Below, piece after piece: positions 50,218 to 60,056 of a stretch of DNA of 61,934 nucleotides. The translations under genes were made by a program, and so were the position numbers. Positions within the stretch are counted from its first letter, which is position 1; each line of letters begins with the position of its first letter. The notes beneath the pieces were generated by a model. It saw nothing but the letters and a program-made list of their open reading frames with translations. It searched no databases and was not told the DNA's origin. Source of the DNA: Eubacteriales bacterium (GTDB taxonomy: Bacteria > Bacillota > Clostridia > Oscillospirales > CAG-272); assembly GCA_045577755.1 (NCBI GenBank), contig JAZNJA010000059.1, positions 1-61,934 of the forward strand. Reading direction: 5' to 3'.

Positions 50218-52488
50218 GTGTCCGATACTCCCTACACCCCCAACCTCACCATGGATCTCCCCGACGCGACCCCTTCCACGGACGGCCTGACCAAGCTCAA
50301 GGGCAGCGTGGAGCATATCATCTACGCCAACGAGGACAACGGCTATACCGTTCTGGACTTCGGTACGGAGGATGACGTCGTCACCGCCTGTGGGACTATG
50401 CCCTACGTCAGTGACGGAGACAGCCTCATCCTGTGGGGCAATTGGGTCCATAACCCCAAGTACGGCCGCCAGTTCAAGGTGGAGCAGTACGAGCGTGATA
50501 TGCCCGCCGATTCGGCGGCGATCCTCCGCTACCTCTCCTCCCGCACCGTCAAGGGTGTGGGCCCCAAGTTGGCTGAGCGCATCGTTTCCCATTTCGGGGA
50601 TGAGACCCTGGACGTCATGGAGAACCACCCTGAGTGGCTGGCTGACGTTCCGGGCATCTCCCGCAAAAAGGCCGGTGAGATCGCCGAGGATTTCAAGGCC
50701 AAGTCAGGCATCCGCTCTGCCATGATGTTCTTCCGCGACTACTTCGGCGCGGCTATGACGGTCAGGATCTACAAGCAGTTCGGATCGGCCGCGGTGGATC
50801 TGGCCAAAAAGAATCCCTATCGTCTCTGTGACGAGGTGGAGGGTATCGGCTTTGAGCGGGCTGATCAGATGGCCATGTCCCTGGGACTGGATCCCCAGGG
50901 TGAGGAACGCCTCATGAGCGGGGTCAAGTACCTCCTGACCTCCAACGCCGCCCGAAACGGTCACGTCTGCCTCCCTCGTGAGAAGCTCACCGAGGCCGCC
51001 GCTCAGCTGCTTCGCACCGATGGGGAGAAGGTGGCCGCCGCCATCAACGCCCAGCTGGATCAGGGCGGCCTGGTCCTGCGCCGCTTCGGGGGACGGGACT
51101 ACGTCTACGATTCCGCTACCGACCGTCAGGAAAAGTATATTGCCGACAAGCTGCTGCTTCTGGACAAGCTCTGCCCCGCCGTGGACGGTGGGGATGTGGG
51201 GATCTTCATCAGCCGCGAGGAGAAGGAACAGGGCGTGGTATATGCCGCCGGACAGAAGAAAGCCATTGTGGACGCGCTGTCCCACGGTGTCATGATCCTG
51301 ACGGGTGGCCCGGGTACGGGTAAGACCACGGTGGTCCATGCCCTCCTCCGCATCTTCCGCTCCATGGATATGTCGGTGGCCCTCTGTGCCCCCACGGGAC
51401 GGGCGGCCAAGCGGTTGTCCGAGTCTACCTCCATGGAGGCCAAAACCATCCATCGCCTCCTGGAAATGGAATTTGAGGAGGGGAGCGGACACGGTCACTT
51501 CCGTCGGAACGAGCAGGATCTCCTGGAGGAATCGGTGATCATTGTGGACGAGGCTTCCATGGTGGATTCCGCCCTTATGTGCTCCCTCTGTAAGGCCGTC
51601 AAGCCGGGGGCGCGGCTCATCCTTATCGGAGACGCGGATCAGCTCCCCTCGGTGGGGGCGGGTCGGATCATGGGGGATCTCATCGACAGCGCCCGCTTTG
51701 CCACGGTGCGCCTGACCGAGATTTTCCGCCAGGCCAGGGAATCCCTCATCATTACCAACGCCCACGCCATCAACGAGGGCCGCTACCCTGATCTGGGGGT
51801 CAAGAACAACGATTTCTTCTTCCTCCCCCGCCGAAGCGACCGAGAGATTGCGGATACGGTGGTGGAGCTGTGCCGCACCCGTCTTCCCCGCGCTTACGGA
51901 AAGGTCACCGAAGGGGGCATCCAGATTATCACCCCCTCCCGCAAGGGAGAAGCGGGCACCGAGAATCTTAACCGCCTTCTGCAGGCCGCTCTCAATCCCC
52001 CCGCCAAAGGCAAGCGGGAGCTGAAATACCGCGAGACCGTCTTCCGCGTAGGGGATCGGGTCATGCAGACCAAGAACAACTACGACATTGAGTGGGAAAG
52101 CGGCAACGGTATCGACCGAACCGCGGGAAGCGGCGTTTTCAACGGCGATATTGGCACCGTGATCTTCATCGACACCGCCGAGGGCGAAATGACGGTATCC
52201 TTTGATGATAAGGAAGCCACCTACACGGGGGAGATGCTGGACGAGCTGGAGCACGCCTGGGCCGTGACGGTACATAAGAGCCAGGGCTCGGAGTATCCCT
52301 TCGTCATCATGCCCCTGTACGGCGCGCCCCCACTTCTTCTGACCCGTAACCTGTTCTATACGGCGGTCACCCGCGCCCAGCGTATGGTGATCCTGGTGGG
52401 GCGGGAGGACATCGCCCGGGTCATGGTGGACAACGACCGCCAGACGATGCGCTATACGGGCCTTGCCGACCGTTTGTCCCGCGCTTGA
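50218..52488 (+). CDS. recD2: RecD2-family ATP-dependent helicase
   Basis: HNPKYGRQF, GGPGTGKTT, APTGRAAKRL, DEASMVD, TVHKSQGSE; GTG 50218 after AAAGGAGG. Confidence 0.95.
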   Translation: MSDTPYTPNLTMDLPDATPSTDGLTKLKGSVEHIIYANEDNGYTVLDFGTEDDVVTACGTMPYVSDGDSLILWGNWVHNPKYGRQFKVEQYERDMPADSAAILRYLSSRTVKGVGPKLAERIVSHFGDETLDVMENHPEWLADVPGISRKKAGEIAEDFKAKSGIRSAMMFFRDYFGAAMTVRIYKQFGSAAVDLAKKNPYRLCDEVEGIGFERADQMAMSLGLDPQGEERLMSGVKYLLTSNAARNGHVCLPREKLTEAAAQLLRTDGEKVAAAINAQLDQGGLVLRRFGGRDYVYDSATDRQEKYIADKLLLLDKLCPAVDGGDVGIFISREEKEQGVVYAAGQKKAIVDALSHGVMILTGGPGTGKTTVVHALLRIFRSMDMSVALCAPTGRAAKRLSESTSMEAKTIHRLLEMEFEEGSGHGHFRRNEQDLLEESVIIVDEASMVDSALMCSLCKAVKPGARLILIGDADQLPSVGAGRIMGDLIDSARFATVRLTEIFRQARESLIITNAHAINEGRYPDLGVKNNDFFFLPRRSDREIADTVVELCRTRLPRAYGKVTEGGIQIITPSRKGEAGTENLNRLLQAALNPPAKGKRELKYRETVFRVGDRVMQTKNNYDIEWESGNGIDRTAGSGVFNGDIGTVIFIDTAEGEMTVSFDDKEATYTGEMLDELEHAWAVTVHKSQGSEYPFVIMPLYGAPPLLLTRNLFYTAVTRAQRMVILVGREDIARVMVDNDRQTMRYTGLADRLSRA

Positions 52489-52532
52489 GCAGGCTGAAGG
52501 TGCTTCAAATTTCACAGAAAATACCCCCGCGG

Positions 52533-52710
52533 TTTTCCACAACCCGGGGGTAAACTTATCCACAACCTGTGGAAAACTCTGTGGACATCTCGGCTTTAAA
52601 AGGGGAAAACCCATGAAAAATAAGGGATTTTTGGAATTGTTGTCGAATTGGCACGAAGTTTCGGTATGTGGATAACCACCAAACGATGCTAACGGGGAGG
52701 GTTTTCCACA
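52533..52710. promoter_or_regulatory. DnaA-box cluster
   Basis: Perfect TTATCCACA 52556-64 and TGTGGATAA 52667-75; TTTTCCACA 52533-41 and 52702-10; TGTGGAAAA 52568-76; TGTGGACAT 52580-88. Confidence 0.8.
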
Positions 52711-52842
52711 AGCCCGACAGACGACAAGGACACCGTCCCGAAGGGGAAGGTTTCTCCGGCAAAAAAGAAAACGGCCGCAGGGCCGTTTTCTTTTGGAGTG
52801 AGCAATTGCTTCAAAGGAGGGAGCCGCAACAGAAAACGCGGC

Positions 52843-53886
52843 TCAAATGCTGCAGATCAAGCGCTCGATGATGCCGTATCCATCGCCGGCCGAGCGCTTC
52901 AGGGCGCGGTCCGCGGACTGGCAGGTGGCGACGGCGTTGCGGAGGAGCGGAGGATCGATGCGGCGGGCCTGCTTGAGATAGAGCCCCACGCGGTACTCAT
53001 GGATCTTGAGCGCTGAGGAGATCTCGGCGGCGGTCAGCCCGCTGTCCGACATGGTGCGGATGGCCAGGAGATCACAGACCACCCGGGAGACCTCGGACAG
53101 GATGAAGAGCGGCTCCACCCGACGGAGCTTCAGATCCGCCAGGATATCCAGGGCGTCGGCGCGGCGGCGCTCCATGATGGCGTTGGTGAAGGCGAAGGCG
53201 TCGTATTCCATAGCGGGGATGGCGGCGGTGCGGATATCGGCCTCGGTGGCGGTATCCCGACCATGGGCGCGGACGTAGCATACCACCTTGTCGATCTCCC
53301 CCGCCAGGGTGAACATATTCCGCCCGCAGTACTCCACCGTGAACTGACAGATCCCGGGATCAGCCCGGACTCCGCCGTGGAGGTAGTGCTTCTGCACCCA
53401 ACCCGAGAGCTTTGCAGGGGTGTTGCGCTCGAACCACACGGGGGTCAGGTACTCGGCGAAGGCTATCAGAGCCTCCGAGGGCTTCTTCGGGAGGTTTCCG
53501 GGGTCGAAGGTATCGGCGGCGGCGGAGATGATCACCAGGTTATAGGGGTAATCGGGGATCTCGGACAGGGCCTCGCAGAGCTTGTCCGTCTCGGCGGCAC
53601 GGAGGGCGGACAGGTTCAGGCCCGTCACTGTGACGATCTTGCGCTCGGCACCCATAGGGGGAACCGTCAGAGCATCCATCAGAGCGGCGGGGGTGAAGTC
53701 CAGCCCGTCCAGGCGGATGTCGTTGAAGGCGGCCATGGCAGGGTCGGCCTCGGTGACCGACTGGCGGGCCATGCGGATGGCGGCGGACTTCATGTAGTCC
53801 TCCTCGCCGAAGAAGAGGTAGCCTCCCGTGGGGGCGGTCTTGAGGGCCTTGCGGAAGTCGGCTTCCTTGAGAATGGTCAGGGCCAT
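52843..53886 (-). CDS. holA: DNA polymerase III delta subunit
   Basis: YLFFGEEDY, PPMGAERK, L.GEIDK; size ~350 aa. Confidence 0.88.
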   Translation of the reverse strand: MALTILKEADFRKALKTAPTGGYLFFGEEDYMKSAAIRMARQSVTEADPAMAAFNDIRLDGLDFTPAALMDALTVPPMGAERKIVTVTGLNLSALRAAETDKLCEALSEIPDYPYNLVIISAAADTFDPGNLPKKPSEALIAFAEYLTPVWFERNTPAKLSGWVQKHYLHGGVRADPGICQFTVEYCGRNMFTLAGEIDKVVCYVRAHGRDTATEADIRTAAIPAMEYDAFAFTNAIMERRRADALDILADLKLRRVEPLFILSEVSRVVCDLLAIRTMSDSGLTAAEISSALKIHEYRVGLYLKQARRIDPPLLRNAVATCQSADRALKRSAGDGYGIIERLICSI

Positions 53887-53889
53887 GGC

Positions 53890-56007
53890 TTACCTCCTCC
53901 CTTTGTTGCTTTTGGGGGCGGGCTTACCACCCTTTTGGGGCGTGTTTCCTCCCTTGGGAGCGGGCTTTGCGGTGGGTCTTCCATTCCCCTTGGCGGTGGC
54001 TTTACCGCTTTTGGGTGCGTACCCACCCTTTGTCTCGGTCTTGCCGCCCTTGCGTTCCCCCTCGCCCTTCTTGGGCGCGGGCTTACCGCCGTGGGGCGCG
54101 GAGCCATGAGATGTGGCACCGTGAGATGTGGCACCGTGAGGTGCGGCACCGTGAGATGCGGCACCGTGAGGTGCGGCACCGTGAGGTGCGGGTCTCCCAC
54201 CTGCGGGCTTGACCAGACACTCGGGGCCGAAGCCGATGAGGTCGGTCCTCCCCGCCTTGGTGAGGGCTTCTCTGACCAAATCGGCGTTCTCGGGACGGTT
54301 GAACTGGAGCAGGGCGCGCTGAAGCTGCTTTTCGTGGTAATCGGTGACCACGTGGACGGGCTTCATGTCCATGGGGTTGATGCCCGTGTAGAACATGACG
54401 GTGGAGGCGGTGCCGGGGGTGGGATAGTAGTCCTGGACCTGCTCGGGGGCGTAGTGGTCCCGCTTGAGACACAGAGCCAGCTCAATGGCTTCGTTCAGGG
54501 TAGAGCCGGGGTGGCTGGACATGAGGTAGGGAACCAGGTACTGCTCCTTGCCGCATTCCTCGGACAGCTCGAAATATTTCTTGCGGAAGGTCTCGTACAC
54601 GTGGAAGTCGGGCTTGCCCATGCACCGCAGGACGGGGGAAGCGCAATGCTCGGGGGCTACCTTCAGCTGACCCGATACGTGATCTCGCACCAGCTTGCGG
54701 AAGAAAGCATCATCGGGGTCGGCCAGTAGGTAGTCGAAGCGGATGCCCGAGCGGATGAAGACCTTTTTGACCTTGGGAAGAGCCTCGATGGCCTTCAGAA
54801 GCTCGATGTATTCGCTATGATCAGCGATCAGATTGGGGCAGGGCTTGGGGGCAAGGCACTTGCGATTGGCGCACACACCGTGCTCTAACTGCTTCTTGCA
54901 GGCGGGATAGCGGAAATTAGCGGTGGGGCCGCCCACGTCGTGGATGTAGCCCTTGAAGTCGGGCATCTCGGTGATCTGTCTGGCCTCGGCCACCACCGAC
55001 TCGATACTGCGGGAGCGGACGGTGCGCCCTTGATGGAAGGCCAGGGCGCAGAAGTTACAGGCGCCGAAGCAGCCGCGGTTGTGGGTCACCGAGAAGCGCA
55101 CCTCCTCGATGCCGGGGACACCGCCGTCCTTCTCGTAGGAGGGATGGTAGGTGCGGGTGTAGGGCAGGGCGTAGACCGCGTCCAGCTCCTCCCGCTCCAG
55201 GGGAGGCATGGGGGGATTCTGGACGAGGATTTTGTTGTCGTAGATCTCGCAGATAGCCTTACCGCCTATGGCATCCTGATTCTTGTACTGCACCCCGAAG
55301 GCCTCGGCGTACTTGCGCTTGTCGATCTTGAGGTCGTCGTAATTGAAGGTGGCCGCCACGGGGAAGTGGACCTGATCCTGTTCCTCGGCCTTGCAGAGGT
55401 AGCAGGTGCCCCGCACGTCACGGATCTTGCGGATGGGCACGCCCTTGTCCAGGAGCCTCGCGATACGGCGGAGGATATTTTCCCCCATGCCGTAGGTCAG
55501 GATGTCGGCGCGGCTGTCCACCAGTACCGAGCGGCGGACCTTATCGTCCCAGTAATCGTAGTGGGCAAATCGCCGCAGGGAGGCCTCAAGCCCCCCCAGA
55601 ATGATGGGCACGTCACCAAAGGCCTCGCGGATGCGGTTGGAGTAGACGATGGTGGCGCGGTCGGGGCGGTTCCCCATCTTGCCGCCTGCCGAGTAGTAGT
55701 CGTAGGTGCGCTTGCGCTTGGCGGCGGTGTAGTGGGCCACCATGGAGTCGATGTTGCCTGCCGTCACCAGAAAACCCAGACGGGGACGGCCGAACTCCTT
55801 GAAGGCCTCGGCGGACTTGTAGTCGGGCTGGGAGAGGATGGCTACCCGGAAGCCCTCAGCCTCCAGCACACGGGAGATGATGGACACGCCAAAGGAAGGG
55901 TGATCCACATAGGCGTCACCCGTGACGTAGACGAAATCGGGTCGGTCCCACCCGCGGGCGTCCATGTCGGCGCGGGTCAGGGGAAGGAAGTCGGTGATGG
56001 TAGGCAT
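53890..56007 (-). CDS. ygiQ: YgiQ-family radical SAM protein
   Basis: VTGDAYVDHPSFG, RGCFGACNFC, DVGGPTAN, GQLKVAPEH. Confidence 0.93.
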   Translation of the reverse strand: MPTITDFLPLTRADMDARGWDRPDFVYVTGDAYVDHPSFGVSIISRVLEAEGFRVAILSQPDYKSAEAFKEFGRPRLGFLVTAGNIDSMVAHYTAAKRKRTYDYYSAGGKMGNRPDRATIVYSNRIREAFGDVPIILGGLEASLRRFAHYDYWDDKVRRSVLVDSRADILTYGMGENILRRIARLLDKGVPIRKIRDVRGTCYLCKAEEQDQVHFPVAATFNYDDLKIDKRKYAEAFGVQYKNQDAIGGKAICEIYDNKILVQNPPMPPLEREELDAVYALPYTRTYHPSYEKDGGVPGIEEVRFSVTHNRGCFGACNFCALAFHQGRTVRSRSIESVVAEARQITEMPDFKGYIHDVGGPTANFRYPACKKQLEHGVCANRKCLAPKPCPNLIADHSEYIELLKAIEALPKVKKVFIRSGIRFDYLLADPDDAFFRKLVRDHVSGQLKVAPEHCASPVLRCMGKPDFHVYETFRKKYFELSEECGKEQYLVPYLMSSHPGSTLNEAIELALCLKRDHYAPEQVQDYYPTPGTASTVMFYTGINPMDMKPVHVVTDYHEKQLQRALLQFNRPENADLVREALTKAGRTDLIGFGPECLVKPAGGRPAPHGAAPHGAASHGAAPHGATSHGATSHGSAPHGGKPAPKKGEGERKGGKTETKGGYAPKSGKATAKGNGRPTAKPAPKGGNTPQKGGKPAPKSNKGRR
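54089..54191 (-). repeat. 15-bp coding tandem repeat (~7 units)
   Basis: ccgtgag(a/g)tg(t/c)ggca units encoding GAAPH/GATSH. Confidence 0.9.
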
Positions 56008-56478
56008 AGGCGTGTCCTTTCGGTATCGGATTGATCTGTGTATATTGTAGCATATTTCCCCTTACTTTGCAAGGGGTATTTGAAAAATCGGGAATGATGG
56101 AAAGGGTGAGGAGAGCGGGCCGGAGATTAGGGGAGCGGCAAAGCCGTCGGATAAGGGACCGCGCAACGAAATAAGCCGTCACGATCATTCCGTCAAGCAA
56201 AGAGAATTCAAAAAGCTCCTTCGTTTGAGGAGCCGATAGCAAACGGCAAACGGGGAGCCCTCACGCGAAAAAAACGCCGGGCTTCACGCTGCATCCTTCC
56301 GTGGTGAGTGACTGAGTTCCGTCTGTCAGAGAGCAACAAAAAGCCAAGATCAATCGAGTGATTTGACCTTGGCTTTTTGTTATGGCCGCACATAGCGTTC
56401 ACAATTTGCTAATGCCATGAAGCAGCCTCTTCTCTGAATCGTGTCATACATCCGGGGGGATTTCGGTATGGTTTCGGA

Positions 56479-58122
56479 TCACTCGTCCTTCTTCTTCATC
56501 ACCACAGCGGCGGACATAGCCATCAGCAGAGCGGTTACGCCAAAGCCAACCACGGAGCCGCAGCCCTTCTTCTCCACGGGGGTGTCGGTGGGAGCCTCGG
56601 TGCCCGCGTCGGGGGCGTCGGTGGGGGCCTCGGTCACCACGGGGGCGTCGGTAGGTGCCTCGGTGGGCGCCTCGGTCTCCTCGGCGGTGGTATCCTCCAC
56701 TACGGAATCGGGATCGAAGAAGTCGTCCTCGTAGAGGTCGGTGGGATCGTTCTGGTAGAACTTGATCCAGGCCACGTCAAAGGTCTCCTGGGCGAATTCC
56801 TCGGCGCCGTAGAAGGGAACCAGGCACAGATTGAGGATGAAGTAATTGCCGTTCCAGCCGGGCTCGCCCGTCATGTAGAAGATGGCGGTGTGCCACTCGC
56901 CGTCGGTGCCCACGCTGTCGTAGTAGCACATATCCAGATCGTACTCGGGGGTCTCGCCGGTGCGGTAGGACAGACCCAGATCCTCGCCCTTGGCGGAGGC
57001 GGTGCGGTAGCGGATGACGATGTAGTCGCCGCGTGTGCCCACGATGTTGCGGGGGTACTTGGAGCTGAAGGCGTAGGCGTAGCCCTCGGGGGTCAGGGAG
57101 GTGATGCGCATGAAGGACAGATCTCCCTCGGTGACGTAGTCCACGGCGGCGTTCTCGCCCTCAAAGGTCTTGACCACGGCCTCGTCGGCAAAGTCGATCA
57201 TCTCCATGAGCTTGTATTCTCTGTCCTCCTCGCTCATGCCGGGGATCTCCACGGGCTTGATGTCCAGGCCGTCGGGCTTACCCGTGAAGGTCACAAGGGC
57301 GAACTTGGAGACGTCCTTGGAGAGAGGACCGCTGATGCCGCGGGCGAACATGAGGTGCCAGTAATCGTTGGGGGTCTCGGCCTCACCGTTGGTGGACAGC
57401 ACCCAGGCGTAGTTCATGGTATCGCCGTTCTCCACGGTGCGGTCGGTCAGCCCCAGGACCGTCTGGAGGTGGATGCGGATCTCGTAGCGGAGCACCTGGT
57501 TCTCCTGATCGTAGTAGCCCACGAAATCCTCACCGGGCTTGGGCAGGTAGGTGCCGAACCAGTTGAAGGTCAGGGACTCGTTGGTCTCGCTGTGGACGCC
57601 GTAGCCCAGCTCGATGTAGTCGTTTGTGCCCGTCGCGTCGGCGGGAGCGATGCCCACCTGGAGGCAGTTGTAGGCCCACAGGTACATATCGCCGCCCATG
57701 GCCTCGGGGGTACAGGAGAAGCCGTTGACGAGGTTGACCTCAAAGGCCAGGTACAGGTAGATACCGTCCCAGCCCCAGTAGGGCTTGATGGCATCGCCCT
57801 GGGTACCCTCGTAGAAGGTCAGGAAATCCTCCTCGGTGGAGCCGTCCGCGCCGGAGTTGGCGAGCCAGGACAGGTAGTCCTCGTACAGCTCGAAGGGCAG
57901 ATACTCGTTCTTGTCGATGGTACCGTCCAGCTTGGGGGAAATGTGCAGGAAGGGAACCTCCCACGCTATCTCCCCTTCGCCGGCCTTACCGGCTATGATC
58001 TCGTCAATTTTTGGGGCCTCCTCGGTGTAGTGTCCGTCCTTGTTGACGACGGCGGACGCGGTGAGCGTACAAAGGATCAACAGAGCAGTCAAGCAAAGGG
58101 CAAAGGCAAATAGCTTTTTCAT
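56479..58122 (-). CDS. Secreted acidic protein, CBM9/DOMON-like N-domain, TEAP linker, C-terminal KKGCGS-TM anchor
   Basis: Signal peptide ..TASA; PKLDG.I...EY, WD..YLYLA; KKGCGSVVGFG...KKKDE. Confidence 0.65.
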   Translation of the reverse strand: MKKLFAFALCLTALLILCTLTASAVVNKDGHYTEEAPKIDEIIAGKAGEGEIAWEVPFLHISPKLDGTIDKNEYLPFELYEDYLSWLANSGADGSTEEDFLTFYEGTQGDAIKPYWGWDGIYLYLAFEVNLVNGFSCTPEAMGGDMYLWAYNCLQVGIAPADATGTNDYIELGYGVHSETNESLTFNWFGTYLPKPGEDFVGYYDQENQVLRYEIRIHLQTVLGLTDRTVENGDTMNYAWVLSTNGEAETPNDYWHLMFARGISGPLSKDVSKFALVTFTGKPDGLDIKPVEIPGMSEEDREYKLMEMIDFADEAVVKTFEGENAAVDYVTEGDLSFMRITSLTPEGYAYAFSSKYPRNIVGTRGDYIVIRYRTASAKGEDLGLSYRTGETPEYDLDMCYYDSVGTDGEWHTAIFYMTGEPGWNGNYFILNLCLVPFYGAEEFAQETFDVAWIKFYQNDPTDLYEDDFFDPDSVVEDTTAEETEAPTEAPTDAPVVTEAPTDAPDAGTEAPTDTPVEKKGCGSVVGFGVTALLMAMSAAVVMKKKDE

Positions 58123-58262
58123 GTGTATGGCCTCCTTGTTTGATTTCGGTAGAATTTCCGCTTTATGGGCGGATGGTAGTTTTATTATAGCAGAATTACG
58201 GGATTTGTCAATAGGATGGGAAAATATTTGTGCAATATTATTACGGGATCAAAATAAAAGAA

Positions 58263-58307
58263 CCTCACTAACCGTCCTACCCTTGCGGTAGGTTCAAATC
58301 AGTGAGG
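58263..58307. repeat. Second copy of the element-end palindrome
   Basis: cctcactaaccgtcctac..gtaggttcaaatcagtgagg, matches 18368-18412. Confidence 0.8.
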
Positions 58308-58309
58308 TG

Positions 58310-58335
58310 TGGCCTACCCGAAAGGATTCTGAACC
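58310..58335 (-). repeat. Duplicated 3' end of tRNA-Arg
   Basis: tggcctacccgaaaggattc(t)gaacc matches 58469-58493 with a 1-nt insertion. Confidence 0.9.
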
Positions 58336-58468
58336 CCGCCCTCGCAAAGCGAGGGCAGGAAGCACCCCCAAAAGAATCGTCGCCCATTTCCTGCTTGGTG
58401 CTTCCACTCAGATTCTCGTCCTCACGAATAGACCAACAGAAAAGCCCCGACGAGCGGGGCTTTTCTGT

Positions 58469-58545
58469 TGGCCTACCCGAAAGGATTCGAACCTTCGACC
58501 TTCAGAGTCGGAGTCTGACGCGCTATCCAGCTGTGCCACGGGTAG
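58469..58545 (-). tRNA. tRNA-Arg (CCG)
   Basis: CTACCCG...TCAGA-CT-CCG-AC-TCTGA...GGTTCGAATCC..CGGGTAG-G-CCA. Confidence 0.97.
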
Positions 58546-58776
58546 ATATTTTGAATACCCTAATATTATATCATAAACCTCTGAAAAAAGCAAGTCCTTT
58601 TTGGAAAAAATGTTCGACGGATACGGACTTTTCTCCCCATTCGCCCCCGGCTTCGGGAATCGTTCAATCAGAATTCATAATTGTTTACATTTTGCCGAAA
58701 ACCGCTGGTCCGACGTCGGGATTGCGGTGGAATATAACAATTTTTCCGGACGTAGAGTAAAATGCGGGGAAAACAC

Positions 58777-58805
58777 TTGACAAATATAGCTTTTTGCGCT
58801 ATAAT
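58777..58805 (+). promoter_or_regulatory. Sigma-A promoter of DAHP synthase
   Basis: TTGACA-17bp-TATAAT. Confidence 0.8.
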
Positions 58806-58939
58806 TAGTGTGTATGTCTGTACCCCGATAAACCGCGCGGGACCTCTTTGGGTACGGATAAAAGCAATCTGATACCGCGAGACCGAGGTTTGCCGCGCCT
58901 GCCCCAGCCTTCCGTCGGGAAGAACAGGAGAATCCTACC

Positions 58940-59971
58940 ATGTCTATGAATTTCATCCACAAGCTCCCCATTCCTCAGGAGACCAAGGAGCGTTATCCCG
59001 TCTCCTCCGCGGCCGCCGCCGTTAAGGCTTCCGTTGATGCCGAGATCGCCCGTGTCTTTACGGGTGAGTCCGACAAGAAGGTGATGATCATCGGCCCCTG
59101 CTCGGCTGACAGCGAGGAGCCTGTGATCGAGTACGTCCGCCGTCTGCGCCTCCTGCAGGATAAGGTGGCCGATAAGCTGATTCTGATCCCCCGCATCTAC
59201 ACGGGTAAGCCCCGCACCACCGGTGAGGGCTACAAGGGTATGCTCCATCAGCCCGACCCCAACGATGCCCCCGATATGTATAAGGGCATTCTGGCGATCC
59301 GTGAGCTTCACAGCCGTGTGCTGACCGAGTTCGGTCTCCCCACCGCCGACGAGATGCTCTACCCCGCCAACTACCGCTACCTGGACGATCTCCTCTCCTA
59401 CGTGGCCATCGGTGCCCGCTCGGTAGAGAACCAGGAGCATCGCCTGGTTTCCAGCGGCGTGGCCTGCCCCGTGGGTATGAAGAACCCCACCGGCGGCGAC
59501 CTGTCGGTCATGATGAACGCTCTGACCGCGGCCCAACAGTCCCACTCCTTCATCTTCCGCGGCTGGCAGGTGCAGACCACGGGTAACCCCCTGGCTCACG
59601 CCATCCTTCGCGGCTACGTCAACAAGCAGGGCCACAGCCTGCCCAACTACCACTACGAGGATCTGGCCCACCTGGCCGAGCTCTACGCAAAGAGCCCTAA
59701 GCTGGTCAACCCCGCCGTCGTGGTGGACACCAACCACGCCAACTCCGGCAAGAAGTACCTGGAGCAGCCCCGCATCTGTAAGGAGGTCCTCCATGCCTGC
59801 CGTCACAATAACGACATCAGCCGCATGGTCAAGGGCTTCATGATCGAGAGCTACCTGGAGGACGGCTCCCGCAAGGTCACCGAGGAGGGCTTCGGTAAGT
59901 CCATCACCGACCCCTGCCTGGGATGGGAGAAGACCGAGCGCCTGGTGCTGGACGTGGCCGACCTGCTCTGA
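58940..59971 (+). CDS. 3-deoxy-7-phosphoheptulonate (DAHP) synthase, class I-alpha
   Basis: IIGPCS, KPRTTG.GYKG, AIGARS, VGMKN, DTNHANS, SITDPCLGW. Confidence 0.95.
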   Translation: MSMNFIHKLPIPQETKERYPVSSAAAAVKASVDAEIARVFTGESDKKVMIIGPCSADSEEPVIEYVRRLRLLQDKVADKLILIPRIYTGKPRTTGEGYKGMLHQPDPNDAPDMYKGILAIRELHSRVLTEFGLPTADEMLYPANYRYLDDLLSYVAIGARSVENQEHRLVSSGVACPVGMKNPTGGDLSVMMNALTAAQQSHSFIFRGWQVQTTGNPLAHAILRGYVNKQGHSLPNYHYEDLAHLAELYAKSPKLVNPAVVVDTNHANSGKKYLEQPRICKEVLHACRHNNDISRMVKGFMIESYLEDGSRKVTEEGFGKSITDPCLGWEKTERLVLDVADLL

Positions 59972-60056
59972 TCCCCTCGGGGGATCTCCCCCGGAAAAGT
60001 CAAGCATAAACCTGAAAATAACCAAAAATGATGATGAAAGGCTTGGTTTGAAAATT

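Noticed and set aside
52533..52710. oriC
   Set aside because: No dnaA/dnaN nearby, flanking genes converge on it, and rpoBC/str operons would be head-on to replication; kept as a DnaA-box cluster
54089..54191. Possible CRISPR array
   Set aside because: 15-bp contiguous units with no spacers, in-frame within ygiQ; no cas genes in the window
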